Part shown: one piece after another, positions 24,501 to 38,184 of the stretch
Layout of the letters: the number at the start of each line of letters is the position of its first letter
Position numbering within the stretch: the stretch's first letter is position 1
Assembly (NCBI GenBank): GCA_013239625.1
Contig: MU053379.1
Span: forward strand, 4,173,229 to 4,237,228
Direction: 5' to 3'
Source of the DNA: Lama guanicoe
Lineage: Eukaryota
Length of the DNA stretch: 64,000 bases
Made by a program: the position numbers and the translations under genes
The notes under the pieces: generated by a model
The model's input: the letters and a program-made list of their open reading frames with translations, nothing else
What the model was told of the DNA's origin: nothing
Database searches by the model: none

Positions 24501-26129
24501 AGGCATCTTGAAAAATGGTAAAGGCTCTAAAACATGATGGCAGTAAGGTGCCCGGGCTGCCGTGTCCAGGGGCAGCAGCTGGGAGATGGCACACGTTTCT
24601 CTGTCCACTGGGTAATCACTGCTCCGCACCTTCAGAGACGTACGTTTGTGCTCAGAGGTCACTCTGAATCGGTCTACAGGTGCCTGTTACAAAGTGTGTC
24701 CAACTTTTCTGTACGTTTGAGATTTTTCATAATAAAATGTTGGGAATATATATATATATTTTAAAAATCTCCCTTGCCAGGACCCTGCAGCCTCACCCAT
24801 CTCTAGCGGCAATGAATTAATTTGGAGTCTCCATTTTGAACAACAAGAAAAATTAAAATGACCACATTATCCAAATGCAGAATAAAACCAACCGAGGCGT
24901 GAGCTCTCTGGCACAGCGAGCCGAGCTACAGTGCAGGCGTCCTCATTGCGGCCTCACCGGTAACAGCACAGCTTTCTCCGGAAAGGAGAGAGCCGTCTGA
25001 GCGCGTCATGGCGCACTGCTCGCAGGGCGTGGCCTGCAGTCATTGCAACGTGTGACAAGAGGACACCCCCAGTCTGCCTGTGATGTTGCTCCGGAAGACA
25101 AGCAGCAGAGGCCCCTTTTTATGCACTTACTGCGACGGAGGTAAATAAAAGAGAAAACAGAAGATGGGGAGACCGAGAGGCTGGGTTACAGGGGGACTCC
25201 CCTTCCCTTTGTGTTCAGTTTTCCTTTGATGTGGTTACACTGCATTTATGGTAAAAGAAATTATTTTTTATTTGGTGTAATTCTTTGCAAGGGAAAAAAG
25301 TAAATGGAGGTTTTTATCCACCAGGCCCTCTGCCTGGCACAGCTGGTGGGAGCGAGTGTGCTTAGAAGCTCCGGTGGGACTGCCAGGCACATTGTTCCTT
25401 GGCGGCTGCCGCGTGACTTTGGCCACAATGGTGGCCGGGTTAAGGAGCGCCTGCTGGGAGCCCGACCCAGACCTGGTCCAAGTCCATTGTTGCTCCGAGT
25501 ACTTCTGCGAGGAGCCAGGTCGCCAGGCTTTGAAGTTGATGTGGGAGAGCGCAGGCCTGGGGCTGGGCTGGGGGTGGGGGGAGGCTCCCGAATGATGCTG
25601 GAGATCCCGACGGCCCCCCAGAGGGATTGGGGGGAGCTGGGACCCCCGGCTGAAGGCCGGGACATTCCCAACAAGGAGACTGGGCACAGGCGGGGAGTTT
25701 ATTTCAGAAATTCGGCCAGTGATCAGCCGGCTTTTGGGGAAGCTGCCCTCTCACAAAACTGCTTCTCACACAAGAGCCGTAATCACCCTTTGTTCTCAGG
25801 CAGCGAGAGTCAGGGTCACATCTCAGAAGATCACATCTAAAGCTCCTGATTGCACTTGGTCAGGGCTGCAGGCCTGAATGTCACCTCCTCCCTGCTCCCC
25901 GGATCCCGGCGGCCCCAGTCTCAGCTCCAGCCCCCGCCGCCCTGGGGAGGTCGTAGGAGCCCCTCGTGCTTTGGAGAACCTTAGGTTCTTTCCAGGACCC
26001 TCGGCTCGATGCGTCAGCAGCGATACGTTTTGGAGGCCTTCTATGCATAAGGAGGTAGATGCAAGTAGGCTACAGGCTGACTGTCAGGGTGCTCGCAGGA
26101 GTCAGTCGAGCTGTGATAATGACTAACAA

Positions 26130-26300
26130 CAGCCCCTGGCCACGCCCCCTTCTCAGGGCTTCTTTCCTGGGTGAGGACGGTTAAGCCCCACCACCGCTCT
26201 ATGACATGCGCACGGTTTTATAGGCATCTTATGGAAAAGGAAACTGAGGCACAGAGAAGTAAGCCAAGGCCGTGTGGCTTCAGGGCATGGGGTCCTTTTG
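26130..26300 (-). mobile_element. MIR SINE
   Basis: aggaaactgaggcacagagaagtaag core. Confidence 0.7.
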
Positions 26301-26515
26301 GCTCCCCTGCTCCCCTCCCCCGTGCAGTGACAGCTGTCACCAGTGTTGGGTGGGGACGGCGGCAGGGGGCCAGGGAAACTTTCCAAATGTTTTGGAAGTC
26401 TGCTACTCCGGTGTGGGCTTCTCAGCACCGCCGCAGAATAAAATTCTTCATTTAGTTATTTCAAAATCTCAGAATGACATTAAATAAAAATGTTTTTTTC
26501 ATTCTAGAAACAGTA

Positions 26516-26675
26516 ACCTACTGGGTAACAGAAGGAACTACATTCAATACCTTGTAATGGTGTATAATGAAAAAGAATATGAAAAGACAGACATATGCAT
26601 ACCTGAATCACTCTGCTGTGCCCCGGAAATTAACGCAGCATTGGAAATTGACTACACTTCTATCTTAAAAAAAAA
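26516..26675 (+). mobile_element. 5'-truncated LINE-1 3'UTR
   Basis: gaactacattcaataccttgtaat...tgaatcactctgctgt...gactacacttc + poly(A). TSD AAACAGTA at 26508-26515 and 26676-26683. Confidence 0.88.
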
Positions 26676-27469
26676 AAACAGTATAAAGAAACTACGAGGA
26701 ATATTTCTTACTGAAAGCAGAACCAGAACGTCTTCCTGTAACCTCAGTGCCCTAGCCGCATCACAGGGTGCTTCCCCTATGTCTTTAACACTTTGTAACA
26801 CTGTAACCTGCATTCACAGTAAGACAGCTTGTAACAGTTTGCCCGCAGTGTTTGTATCACTTAAACTGAGGGCAAGCACCAGGCGGCTGTGTTACATTTA
26901 CATTCATCACTTTCATGTGCGCCTGCTGGTGGGCAGTCAGCTGCTGACTTGACCACTATCTTATTTTCGAGAACATTCTTTATGACAAGTGAACCTGTGG
27001 TAGGCATCCCTAGGTCTAAAGCACGTTTCATATGTTGTTTCCCCAGCCTGGTCCTCTGGGGTGAATTTACAGAATCAGAAGGGAGGGACATTAGAGACAT
27101 CCTGGACGTGTGCTGCATGGTGTCTCCGACACCGTCCCCAGGGCTGGAGGCTTTACTTGTCAGCATTTGATCCCTTGCCCAGCAGAATTCTGAGAATGAG
27201 TTGAGGTCACAGTGGACAGGGATACAGGAGAGTCTGAGCTGAAGGAAGGGAGACTTTATACAGAGTCCACGGGGCCCTGGGAGATGGGCAGACAGGCAGG
27301 CAGACGGCTGGGAGAGGAAGCAGGGCGGGCGGAGCTGAGTGGAAGGACTTCTCACTCAGTGTTGAAGAGCATGGACCTGGCCACAGAGACAGCAAGGAAG
27401 CCTGCCAAGGTGCTCCAGAGCCTGTGGGGCGAGACTTGAACATCTGAAGGGCCCTGTCGGGGGAAGCAG

Positions 27470-28060
27470 AGGGGGGAAGGGTGGACCGGGGGGTGGTGAT
27501 GAGAAGGCAGCAGTCACGGGAGGCAGACTGAGGAGCAGGCGAGTGGCCTCAGGAGGAAGAAGGCAGCTGTGACGGGGATGGATGGAGATGGTCTGGCTGT
27601 GGGAGGAAGACTTGGATGCACCTGAAGGGGAGGGCGGAGTTTAGATGCCTCCCAGTTTCCAGGATGCACCGTCACCCAGCTTAAGAAGGTCACATGAAAG
27701 ACAAGGAAGGCTTGAAGAAGGGTATGGAAGGGCCAAGCCTGAACCTGAGGCTCTGACAGAGTCCAGGGCGGGAGGTCGGAGATTTGTGTTTCAGGATCTG
27801 AGCCCAGGGAGGGGCGAGGGGGGGCTTGAACACCCCGCTGCTCGGGGGGAGTTAAGGCTCTGTGAGTGGGGCGCCCACCCAGCAAGAGGGGCCGAAGTGG
27901 GCGAAAGGGAGAGCACAGACAGAGAGGCCGGCACCCAGGGACAAGACAGGTGGCCAGGACCCAGGATTGAGGGGACAGGGTGAGGCGCAGTGTGAAAGGT
28001 GGGAAGGGAAAGTGGCCTGGTGGAGGAGCAGCGGGAAGTTAGCAAAGAGAGGAGGGAGGG
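27470..28060 (-). mobile_element. LINE-2 fragment
   Basis: Purine-rich run with reverse L2 motifs (ggatggag, gacttggatg, agatgcctcccagttt, ggatctgagcccagggagg). Confidence 0.55.
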
Positions 28061-29489
28061 AGGGAGGGGTGAACACCCAGATGCTGCAGACACCACCCCA
28101 AGGACAAACGCCGGTTAACGGCGGTTTCCTGACCCTCTGATTCTGTTCTCTCGTCTGTGAAATGGAAAACGTCATTCTGTCATTACAAAGTTTTTTGCAA
28201 GATATAGTCGAAAAAATACAAGTGTGAAAATTGTCCGTAAGCCAGCATTCCCCCAAGCGTATTTTGTGGAATGTTCCTTGGATGTGGGTCGTGAGCCGGA
28301 TGAGGACTGGGACACACGGTGGGAAGCGCTGGGCAGGGCTCCTTGCTGAGACGCCTCTGGCTGTCGGGGGCTCACATGCACAGTGAGTCACCACGAGAGG
28401 GGCATGGCCTTGCCCAGACATTGCGGGCATGGGCCCTTTGCACGAGTGCTTCGAGGGAGCAGCGCCTGCAAACCCCTTTGGGAAAGTCAGTGTGTCGGGC
28501 ACAGTGACACCCACGGAACTGAGCTGGGGGGACACGGTGTGACAATCTGTGCGAGTCCCCGGCAGAACTGGGGTCAGCGAGCATTCATTCCTCCTCCACG
28601 TCAGATAATGAAAGGAGGGGAATCCTTGTAGAAAGCCGAGGCTAAGATGCACGAAGGAAATCTCAGGAAGCCGTCAGAGACCCTCCGTCCTGCAACCTCT
28701 TCCGAGAAACAGCCGGGATGCGGGTTCAAGAGGCAGGTTCACGGCTTCCTTAGCTGGAGGCTGGGTTTCAGCAAGATGCTGGCCTGGACGGGGTCTCATC
28801 TGGCAACGGCTCGCTTCCACGCTCACAGGGCGATGGCAGGACTCGGATCCCCGAGGGCGCAGCTCCCCGCGGGCCGTCGACGGGCGGCCCTCGCTCGTCT
28901 GCACATGGGCCTCCCCGCCACGGCCGGCAGCTTGCCCGTCAAAACGGCAAGACAGGCAGCCTGCGGGTGAGCCGGGGTCACCACCTCGTGCAACGTAATC
29001 ACGGGGGGGACCCTGGGCTCCTGTTCTGTTTGTCAGAAGCAAGTGACTCAGGGGCAGGAGGTGACACGAGGCCGTGAATCCAGGAGGTGGGGCCGCCGGG
29101 GGCACCTTAGAGGCTGCGCGTCACGCGGTGCGTGTTTCCATTGTTCCTGTTGTTTGCATTTACAGTGCTCCTGTGCGGAGCTTGGTCACTCTTGCTCTTT
29201 GAAAAAATTCCTGTTAGAATTTTTCAGCCAGCAGTGCAGGGAGCTGAAACATTTAGGAAACGTGCCGGCAGGAGGGAGGGAGACAGACAGACAGACAGAC
29301 AGGACACAAGGTTCACCAGGGACCGGCTGTCGCGCGTGACGCCGTGACACCAGCTCAGACCAGGAAGGGTCCAGAGAACCACAGCCCACGTTTCTCACTC
29401 CCGGGGACCAAAGGCCTTGGGACTACGCCTCCAGCCAGCCCTTTGTTTGGAAAGCAGAACTAGGGCCAATTCATGGTTTTTAGGATCTT

Positions 29490-29600
29490 GCACATAGGAG
29501 CTCACTCAATCCTCAGAACAGCCTTGTGAATTAGGTGTTACTGTCCCCACTTACAGATGAGGAAAATGAGGCACAGAAAGGTCGCAGGAGGGGGCCGATC
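29490..29600 (-). mobile_element. MIR SINE
   Basis: tcaatcctcagaacagccttgtga...ccccacttacagatgaggaaaatgaggcacaga. Confidence 0.85.
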
Positions 29601-30699
29601 ATCCTGTCGGAAGTGAGTGGTAACCTGGGCGTCCCAGCTGTCTGGGAGACCCCGCACCTCCGTCTTAGCCGTCACAGCGTGTGACCTTGTAAGAGTCAGG
29701 GCGGGTGGCCTCTCGTCACTAACACTCGGAGGCAGATCTGGGGGAGAGCCAGGCCCTAATCCGTAGGCACCGCAGTGGCCCCTTCACCGATGGAGGGACT
29801 GCGTGCGTGCAGCCCTGGGCTGGGAGCCTGACCACGCGAGGGCCTGGGTCTGAGACTGGACAGGCCAGGGCCACGCCACGCCAGCCTGGGGGACGTCACG
29901 AGAGGACACGTCACCGTGGGGTCCCTGGTAAACCCTGGGGACCCCCGTGCCTTCTCCTCCCTTCCAGAGGGAGTCGCTTACCTCCCAGGAGAAAAGGAAG
30001 ACGTCCAGCGTTCTCCCCGCTGGGTCAAGAGTGGACATTCTAAGGATGTCACAGCGCTAACAGGTGAGTCAGGAGGAGACAGCGTTCAGTGCATCACGTG
30101 CCTGAGGAAAGAGCTTGGTAGCAGGGCTGAGAACTCGGGGTCCCTGCCCCCGTCCCCAGCTCCTAGAAACAGCCTGAGAAGAGGAGAACACCAGGACTTC
30201 TGCTATTGCCCTCCGCCTTCGGGGCTAACTGACCGCTGGGCCAAGTCAGCTTGGCCAGGAACAAAGACCGTGGGGGCTGGGGGGGATGACGGTAAAGAAC
30301 AAAGCCCTTCCCGGCGGCCGGAGGTCACACTCCAGGCCTGATGCTTGGGCAGCTGGGCAGATTGTGTGCAGCCTGCAGAGCTGGAATCCGCTTCCCAAGG
30401 GGGGGCGGGGGTGCCGCTGTGCCAGCACGGAAGGGTTCCCCATGGCACCCTCTGTGGCCTGCACACCAAGCACGCACCGCATGCACCGCACACATTGTCC
30501 GCCCCCCACGCTGCGTCTGAGACGCGTTCCCTCGACCAGCCCGCACACCGCTCTGACTCCGGAGAGTGGTCCCACACGCCCGGCAACCGAATCGAGGGAC
30601 ACGATCCAACGGACAGCTCTCCTCCCGGGCAGATGAGAACCCACGGCTCTGAAGAGCAGTTTTTGGAGCTGAGAAGCCTGGGGGTCTGGGCTTCTTTCC

Positions 30700-30845
30700 A
30701 AGTTCCCCATTTCCTGGCTGTGTGGCCCCAGACTAGACGCTTGCCCTCTCTGGGCTTCAGCATTGGCCTGTGAGGGTCGGGATCATCAGACCAACATGCT
30801 GGTTGAGTTGAGCGCAGAGTCACATAAGGTATAAAACATGCCTTG
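30700..30845 (+). mobile_element. MIR SINE
   Basis: ttcctggctgtgtggcc...cttgccctctctgggcttcag...gtataaaacatgcct. Confidence 0.55.
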
Positions 30846-32029
30846 TTGTCCACCCTTCACTCCAGAAGCGTCTCTGCCAGGGCTCAGAGGCGCTCCTGTC
30901 TCCCCAGCTAGACGTGGGGGTTCAGGGTCCCTGAATTCCCTCTTCCACTTCCTTCCCAGCTCACTCAGGACTCCTGGGGGTAACTGCTCTCATGGCCCAG
31001 CCTCTCGGGGTGCCAGCTACTGGCCAGCTCACCCCACAAGGCAGAGCCTGAGGACTGGACCAGCGCTGTGTCCGCCACCCTGTGTCTTGGGCCTCAAATC
31101 CAGACTCAGGTGGGAAATGTCCTAGAGCACAGAGTCACGCCTAGTTCCTCAGCACGAGGACCCCGTCCTAAGCCAGCGGCGGCACCTCTTATTAAAGGCC
31201 CACGATAGCCCCGGCGCTGGAGGAAGTCAGGAGATTCAACGCTTAAACTTCAAGAAACGCACCGTCCGGTGAGGGGTCGCGTCTCCCACGTAACCGTGTG
31301 CACGCGGCAGGGAGTGACTGCCCTTCCCGGAGGCCGTTCGCCTGGGCTGCGACGGCATCGCCCAAGACGGGGTGATGTGGTTTCCTCACTCACTTTGAGA
31401 CACAGTTCAGTTCATGCTTTTGATTGACAGCATGTTCTCTCTCATTTTGAGCCCATGTCTCCCCCTCCCACCTCCACCTCTTGGATTTGGAAGTCAGCCC
31501 AAGTCAAACTGAGAGCGGACCCCATCCTCGCCAGCTGTGTGTGCCCCCGAGCGCCCTTCCGCCCCTCTGAGCCCCCGCTTGCTCACTGTGCAGGGAGCGG
31601 GCTTCTCATCCGGACGCGCTGCGCCCCGTAAGCCGCTGGGCTCACCCCGCATGGCAGCCCTTTCTCGGGCAGAGACCTGCATCCTTTCCTCTCCGGCTGA
31701 GCGTCGGCTCCACGCTCCTCCTGCCCCGGCTCCGCACTCCGGCGACGCCCACGGCTTCCTGCTCTGTCGTCCGGGGCCTCTCCTCAGCCCTGCTCTGCGT
31801 CTTGAGAAACGGTCCAGGGCTCCCCCCCATCCCCGAGTTCTGCAGACCTCCTCCCTCCTGAGGACCTTTCTCGGTCCTCTTCCATCCCCAGGGGCTGCTC
31901 CCGGCCCTGCGCTCAGCCCTCGCTCTTCTAGTGAGAAGGGCGGCCGGGCAGGCTGTGGACTGCTGGCCCTGTCGGCTCTGGGCGCTCTGGGTGCAGGTCC
32001 CCACCTCATTCCCAAATAAGCCACAAGTA

Positions 32030-32110
32030 CTTTGACCCTTGTTTTATAGATGAGGAAACTGAGTGGGGCTCAGAGTGGCTAAGTCACCTGTCTGAGGTGG
32101 GTCAGCAGAA
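32030..32110 (-). mobile_element. MIR SINE
   Basis: ttttatagatgaggaaactgag...gctcagag...taagtcacctg. Confidence 0.75.
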
Positions 32111-32488
32111 AAGGAGGCGTGTTCACAGAGGCTGTCTGGTGTCTCCCAACCGGCCTGTCTCGGGTGATTCTGTCCCCACTGAAGGTCCGGTTGGCCTGTT
32201 TGTTGACATCTGCCCGCCAGCATCTCCAGGGAAAAACCTTCCTCCAAGCTCTGGATCTAAACCTGAGCTGCCCGCAGGCTGTCTCCCCTCCGGGACACAC
32301 AGCCCCTCGGGATGAACGTGAACCTATTTGCTTCCCTCCAGACCTGTTCCATCCCGCGTCTCCCACGTGGCCCGGGTCAGACCCCTGAAGCCCAGCCCCC
32401 TGCCCCCCAGTCACCTCTCACAGCCAGCCCAGCCTCCGTGTTGCCTCCTGACCGCTCCCGGCACCTGCCCTCTCCTCTTCCTCCCTAA

Positions 32489-32890
32489 AATTTAATTTTT
32501 TATCGAAATGTAGTTGATTTACCATGTTAGTTTCAGGTGTAGAGCAAAGTGGTCCAGCTATACACATACATACACATACATACACATACATTTTCATATT
32601 CTTTTCCATTACAGCTAATTTCAAGAAATGGAATACAGCTCCCTGTGTATGCGATACAGTCGGACTGGCTGCTTCTCTAGCTTACATCTAGTAGTGTGTG
32701 TCTGCTAATCCCAGACTCCTAGTTCATCCCTCCCCCCTTCCCCTTTGGTGACCTCAGTTTGTTTTCTGTGTGTGAATCTATTTCTGGTTTGTAAGTAAAA
32801 TCCATATCTTTTTTCAGAGTCCACATATAAGTGATAACATACGCTATTCGTCTTTGTCTGACCTGCTTCACTTGATATGATCATCTCTAC
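32489..32890 (-). mobile_element. 5'-truncated LINE-1 3' end
   Basis: T-tail, tagttgattt...tttcaggtgta, cccttcccctttggtgac, gtccacatataagtgata. Confidence 0.85.
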
Positions 32891-32892
32891 TC

Positions 32893-33080
32893 CTTTTTTT
32901 AATTGAACTATAGTCCATTTACGTGGCTGTGTTAACTTCTGGCGAAGGGCATAGTGACTCAGGTGCATACACATTTATGTATATGTAGTTCGTAGTCTTC
33001 CTCGTTACAGGCTATCACAAGGTGTGGAGTGGTGTCCCCGTGCCGCCCCGCAGGACAAGTTGTTTGTCTGTTTTATGCGC
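32893..33080 (-). mobile_element. Second LINE-1 3'UTR fragment in tandem
   Basis: A new T-tail ttttttttaattgaactatagt...tgtgttaacttctg...catagtgactcag...ttacaggctatcacaag. Confidence 0.75.
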
Positions 33081-33444
33081 ACCTTTTCCTCACTCGCTTG
33101 CTGCCCGGGTTTCTCCAGGTCTCCTGACTTCTGTCCCCACCCCGGCGGACCTCCTGCCATTTGCTGTCCCATCTGGAGCCCAGGCACTTTTTCTGAAATT
33201 CCATGCTCCTAGCTTAAGCCCCCTCCCTGGTTAACCATTACCTCAGAGATAGCAGCCGCATTCCTCAGCCCGCGCTCCCGGCCCCCTCCTCACCTGTCCC
33301 CACTGCCTCTCCAGCCTCCTCCTCCAGCCTCTGCTCTGGACTCACCGGATAATTTCAAAGCCAGCGTAGACCATTGGGTGCTCACTGGGGCCGCACGAAC
33401 GTCTCTCCTCCTCACGTCCACCCCAGGCGGAGGACCTATGAATG

Positions 33445-33545
33445 CCTCACAGGTGAAGCAACTGGGGTTCAAAGAGGTTAAGTCACTTGCTTGGAAGCTG
33501 GTTGTTCAAACCTAGGTCTGTGTAGCTCCGAGACTCGTGCTCTTG
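33445..33545 (-). mobile_element. MIR SINE
   Basis: acaggtgaagcaactgggg...agaggttaagtcacttgc...ttcaaacctaggtctg. Confidence 0.7.
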
Positions 33546-33848
33546 CCCCCAGGCTCTGGGAAACGGGGTGACTGCCTGGCGTGGACCACCCTGCCTGTCG
33601 CCCCCAGCCCCACCCAGGCTGATTGCTTCAGACCTCAGTTCAAGGCTCAGCCTCTGGAAAGCCGTGGTTGGTCTGTGGCCCCCGGAGACTCCGGTGTCTC
33701 AGGAGACTTTCACGTCTCATCCTCCTTTGGGGGGGGGTTCCCATCACTTGCAGGGTGCGTCCTTGGCCTCACAGTATGTCTCCAGGAAGACAGCAATCCC
33801 GCCATGGTGAATACACACATCCTCGCGCCTATATCACACAGGATATAC

Positions 33849-33922
33849 CACACACGCACACACGCGCACACGCGCACACGTGCACACACGCACGCACACG
33901 CACACGCACACGCACACGCACA
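33849..33922. repeat. (CA/CG)n alternating purine-pyrimidine repeat
   Basis: 74 bp of uninterrupted alternation, mostly CACACG units. Confidence 0.9.
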
Positions 33923-34164
33923 GCTCCTATGCAAACAGCTAAGCCAGTCTCTGGGAGCCTGTCCCCACTGGTCCGGGCTAGGCCTCTGGGGGGTTTATCC
34001 CACTTTGGTGCCCCTGACGTCCGACACATGGCAGCAAATGAAAGCTGGGAGGGCAAACAGCACATAGCAGGGAAAATGGCTGCTTTTTTTCCCTGGACAC
34101 AGACAACACACCAGGCACTTAGCCGGCTGTCTGGCAGGGACCGTCTTGTCCTGACTGCTCACCT

Positions 34165-34320
34165 TGAAACTCCGAGGTAGGGAGTTTTCTAACCTACATT
34201 CTGTTGATGGGGAAACAACAAATCAGAGAGGTTAAGCAAGTCACTTGCAGTCCCACAGCTAGAGTGAAGACGATTGAGGTTTCAAAACAGCCCAGCTGAG
34301 GGCGAAGCTTGGCTGCCTTT
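34165..34320 (-). mobile_element. MIR SINE
   Basis: gatggggaaac...cagagaggttaag...acttgc...cacagctag. Confidence 0.65.
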
Positions 34321-34739
34321 CCAGAGAATGAAGACTCTCCACTGCTCCTCGGAACACAGCTCAGCCCCGGCCCCTCGCCCAAGCCAAACCCACCGAGATC
34401 GTAATCTTACTGCTTGTTTTTTCAGTATCTCTCCTTAAAAAGAAAAAATCACACAAAAATTCAACAGCAGTTCAAGCGGGGCTTGTCCGGTGGGGAAGGC
34501 AGCAGGACGAGCGCCCGCCTTGACCTGACAGCACAGGTTCACCGGCGAAAAGGCCGAGCCCCACTGTCCCCCCTCAGTGAGCAGGCAGCCCACCTTAGCT
34601 TCTAGAACTTTCTCACAGAAACTCAGCCAGGCCGCCTAGGTCTTGCCTCTCTTGTACTTCTTTCAGTTGAAGATGCCTTCATCTGTGAGCTGTATCCTTG
34701 ACTTAATATCATCTTTGCAGGGAAACGGATAGAAAACTC

Positions 34740-35985
34740 CCATGGTAACTGCACCCAACTTTACCCCACACCTCATGCCCCGCAGAAGAGGCACTCAGAG
34801 TGGGTCACAGACCTGAATGTAAGACTGTCAAACTTCCAGGAGCACGCAAGTCCAAAAGCCTGTGTGATCTTGAATTAGACAAATATTGCTTAGATATGAC
34901 ACCAAAAATACCACACGTGAAAGGAAAAATGATGAATGATCGGACTTCATCCGAAAGAGAGAGCTATTCTTTCATTGTTGTTGTTGATATGGAGGGACCG
35001 GGGATTGAACCTGGGACCTCGAGCAAGCTGAGTACGCCCTGTACCACTGAGCTACACCCATCCTCCCGAAAAATTATCCTCAAAAAGAAACTGTTAAGAA
35101 AATGGAAAACAAGCCCCAAATGGGGGGACAATGTTTTCAAAGCACACATCAGATACAGGACTTGTCCAGAATGTGTAAGGAAAAAAAACTCCAAATTCAG
35201 TGAAAAGAAAACAAATAATCCAATTCAAAGCTTGAACAGACCCTTCAGAAAGGAGATATACGAACGAGTCATCCTATGGAAAGACGCTCCACATCATTTG
35301 TCACCAGGGAAACGCGAGCTGAAACGACCGTGAAATATCAATGTGCCCAGATTAGAATTTCTACAAAAGGCTGGATCCCAGGACACAGCACGCTCACGCA
35401 CTGCTGGTGAGAGGGCAAGCTGGCGCAGCAGCTTTGGGAAACGATTGGGCAGCTTCCTAAAAATTAGACATGCACTTACCACGTGGCCCAGAAATCTTAC
35501 TCTTAACTGTTTACCCAGGAGAAACGAAAACACACGTCCACACAAAAACCTGGACGTGAATGTTTATAGCGGCTTGATTCATAACAACCCGAAACCGGAA
35601 ACAACGCAGATGTCTTTAAATGGTGACTGGGTGGACACGGGACACCCCCACCCTGAGGACCACCCAGCAGGAGAGAGGGACTGACCACCAATATACGTGG
35701 AAAAGTGGACCAATTTCAGAGCATCCCCGGAGCCAAAGCAGCCCCACACAGGAAGGCTGCTCAGATCCGACTCCGTCTCCACGACGTTCTGGAGAAGACA
35801 AAACTCTAAGGACAGACTGCTGATCGCCAGGGACCAGGAGGGGAGGGCTTGGCCACAAAGAGGCACAAGGGAACATTCCTGGGTGAAGGTGCTGTTTCTT
35901 GATTTTGGCGTTGGTTATCTGGCAGTATGTGCTTGTCAAACTCCAGGAGCTGTGCGCTGGGACGGGCGCACTTTCCTGCACCGAC
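34740..35985 (+). mobile_element. Old L1M (ORF2 3' end + 3'UTR), interrupted by a SINE
   Basis: acagacctgaatgtaa, ttagatatgacaccaaaa, ttgaacagacccttca, ctgctggtg...gctttgggaaac, cacacaaaaacctg...gaatgtttatagc, gacagactgctgatcgccaggg. Confidence 0.8.
34966..35066 (-). mobile_element. tRNA-Ala-derived SINE (Vic-1 type) nested in L1M
   Basis: Minus strand GGGTGTAGCTCAGTGGTACAGGGCGTACTCAGCTTGCTCGAGGTCCCAGGTTCAATCCCCGGTCCCTCCA. Confidence 0.88.
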
Positions 35986-36639
35986 GGCGCGGGCGTGCCT
36001 CCGCAAGAAGGGTGTCCCCATTTAGCGCGACCAGCGGTGGAGGAGAAACCGAGTGCCTGAGCTGAGGCTTTATCTGCACAGAGAGGTTTTCTGTAGGCAA
36101 TTACTCTACCTATTAAATAGTTAGCTGCCTTTGACATGGGTTTTCAGAGGCATGTAAACTTCAGAAACAATGGGAGGTGGCGGCAAACCTTTCAGAGCCA
36201 AGCAGACACAGCAGGTGAGTCTGCGACCGCATGACTTGCACTGCGCAGCCAGTCGCAGGAAGGGCCCGCTCATGCACACCTCTCCCCACTCTGAGAGCGT
36301 GTGTCAGCCGGCCCTGTCCACTCGGTGTCCCAGGACGTGGGGTGGGCTCCCTTCTGTTTCATCCCCCAAGAAGGACGTGGGGACATCAGACAAGACAGCA
36401 CCGGGGCGAGGGAGCAGGATGTCCCTCCGTGCGGACGCCTTCGGGAACTTCCTGATGGATGAACACAGGGTCTGGGCTTCCATGTTCCAAAGCTTAGCGC
36501 CGAATGGAGGGCCTCCCTCAGTGTCTGAGACCCCAGCTGCAGTGGACGTTCCTGTGCACACGTCCTGGCCTTGTCTTCGCTCCCTGCCGGAGTGGACACC
36601 CAGCCACACTGAGAATCCGGCTGCACAAAAGCATTGTTG

Positions 36640-37245
36640 CTTCGTTGTACAGAAGCCATTAGCCTTTGTAACTAGAATCAGCATTAGAAATGATGGACAC
36701 GGTGCAGCTGAAAGGATGCCCTGGGTGGGACATGGCATCACGCGGCGGCACCCAGCAGCAGACACACAGCCTGAATCTAAGTGTGAGGACACGGGGAAAA
36801 TGAAAATAAGGAACTGTATTCTTCAAAACTTTCAATATCATGAAGTGCAAAAAAAAAGATTGTAGTAACGTTTCCCATAAAAGAGACCCCAAGCCCGTGA
36901 CGCTGTGTTCTGGAGGGAGGAATGCTAAACGGTGCGTTATGGAGTCGAATTATCAATAAAATCAGAGCACTGATGGTAGATTGCAAAAAATATTGTCGAT
37001 GTTAAATTCACTGAGGGGGACGACTGTACTATGTTATGCCAAAGAAATCCCATGTTACAGAAGATAGACACCAAAATATTTAGGAGCAAATAGGAAATAT
37101 TTGGGAGGGTCATGATGTGCGCCATTTGCTCTCTGATGGTTTGGAAAAGAAATACTACTTCTTGAAATTATTTGTATAATTATTATTAAGTTATTATTAT
37201 TGAGATGATTATTATTACCAAAATTATTTCCAAATAAAAACCTTT
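36640..37245 (+). mobile_element. Old L1MC/L1ME 3'UTR
   Basis: tgtattcttcaaaac, gatgttaaattc, tgtactatgttatg, aaatatttagg and aaattatttccaaataaaa terminus. Confidence 0.65.
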
Positions 37246-38184
37246 TAGGGGCAGGGCACACCAGGCTGGGGGAAAAAAAAAGCTTTAAAAAATGTAGTTT
37301 TTGAAGCAAGTGGATTTTAACACCACGAGCTTGGCTGAGTGCAGGCGGTGGGGGGAGGCGGAGACCGGAGCGTCTCCGAGCCCCGAGGAAGCTCTCCACA
37401 GGCCGGGTCCTTATGAAAATGTCAGTTCTAAATATCACTTGACAGATGCTTTTCCCAGGCTTTTTACTGGGACAGACGCCAGGCGAGCTGTGCTTTCTCC
37501 CGCAGACAGTGTCTTCTGCGATGCGGTGAGGCCCCGGCAGACACCCGCCTGCCAATCATTTCCAGCACAACGATCTCCATTTCTCCCTAAATCCTCCAAA
37601 GGAGGGTGAGCTATTTACAGCCTGCGGGTTGGTGTTCTTCGTCTTCCCCTGTTTGGCTTCACGAGGACTTTCTTGGCTGTATCAGTGGTCCTGCTGGTCA
37701 GTGACGCAGGCAGCTCCATGACACCCTCTTCCCCACCTCATGGTCATGGTAAGGCCACTTGGGGTGGGGAGGTGCATAGATTACAAGGAGGAAAAAGAAA
37801 TGAACTCTCACCTTTTGCTTTCATCATACATTTGTGGCCCTGACACATGGGCTATTGGTACAAGGAGAGGGATGGTTTGGTTCAGAGTTTGGAGATTTGG
37901 ATAAAACTCTTGCAGGAATTTCCAGCTCTCAGAGGACTGACACACTGAAAGTTTAACGATCACACAAGTCAATGTGGACTGGATGGTTCCTCTCCACGTG
38001 GCGACTCAGGGCCCCAGGCCCCCTGATGGTGGTGGTGGGGTCATCGCCACCACGTACCCTGGGAGGGAAGGAGGAAGGAGGAAGGAGGAGCAAGTCTAGT
38101 GAGGCTCATGTCACTTCAGTCCACATCACACAGTTGATAATCACAGGTGTCCACACTGCTCCACCAAGAGGCAGGGTCTCCTTC

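Noticed and set aside
35658..35666. Perfect GLI consensus GACCACCCA
   Set aside because: Lies inside an old L1M relic and is a single 9-mer in GC-rich DNA; no support for function without conservation data.
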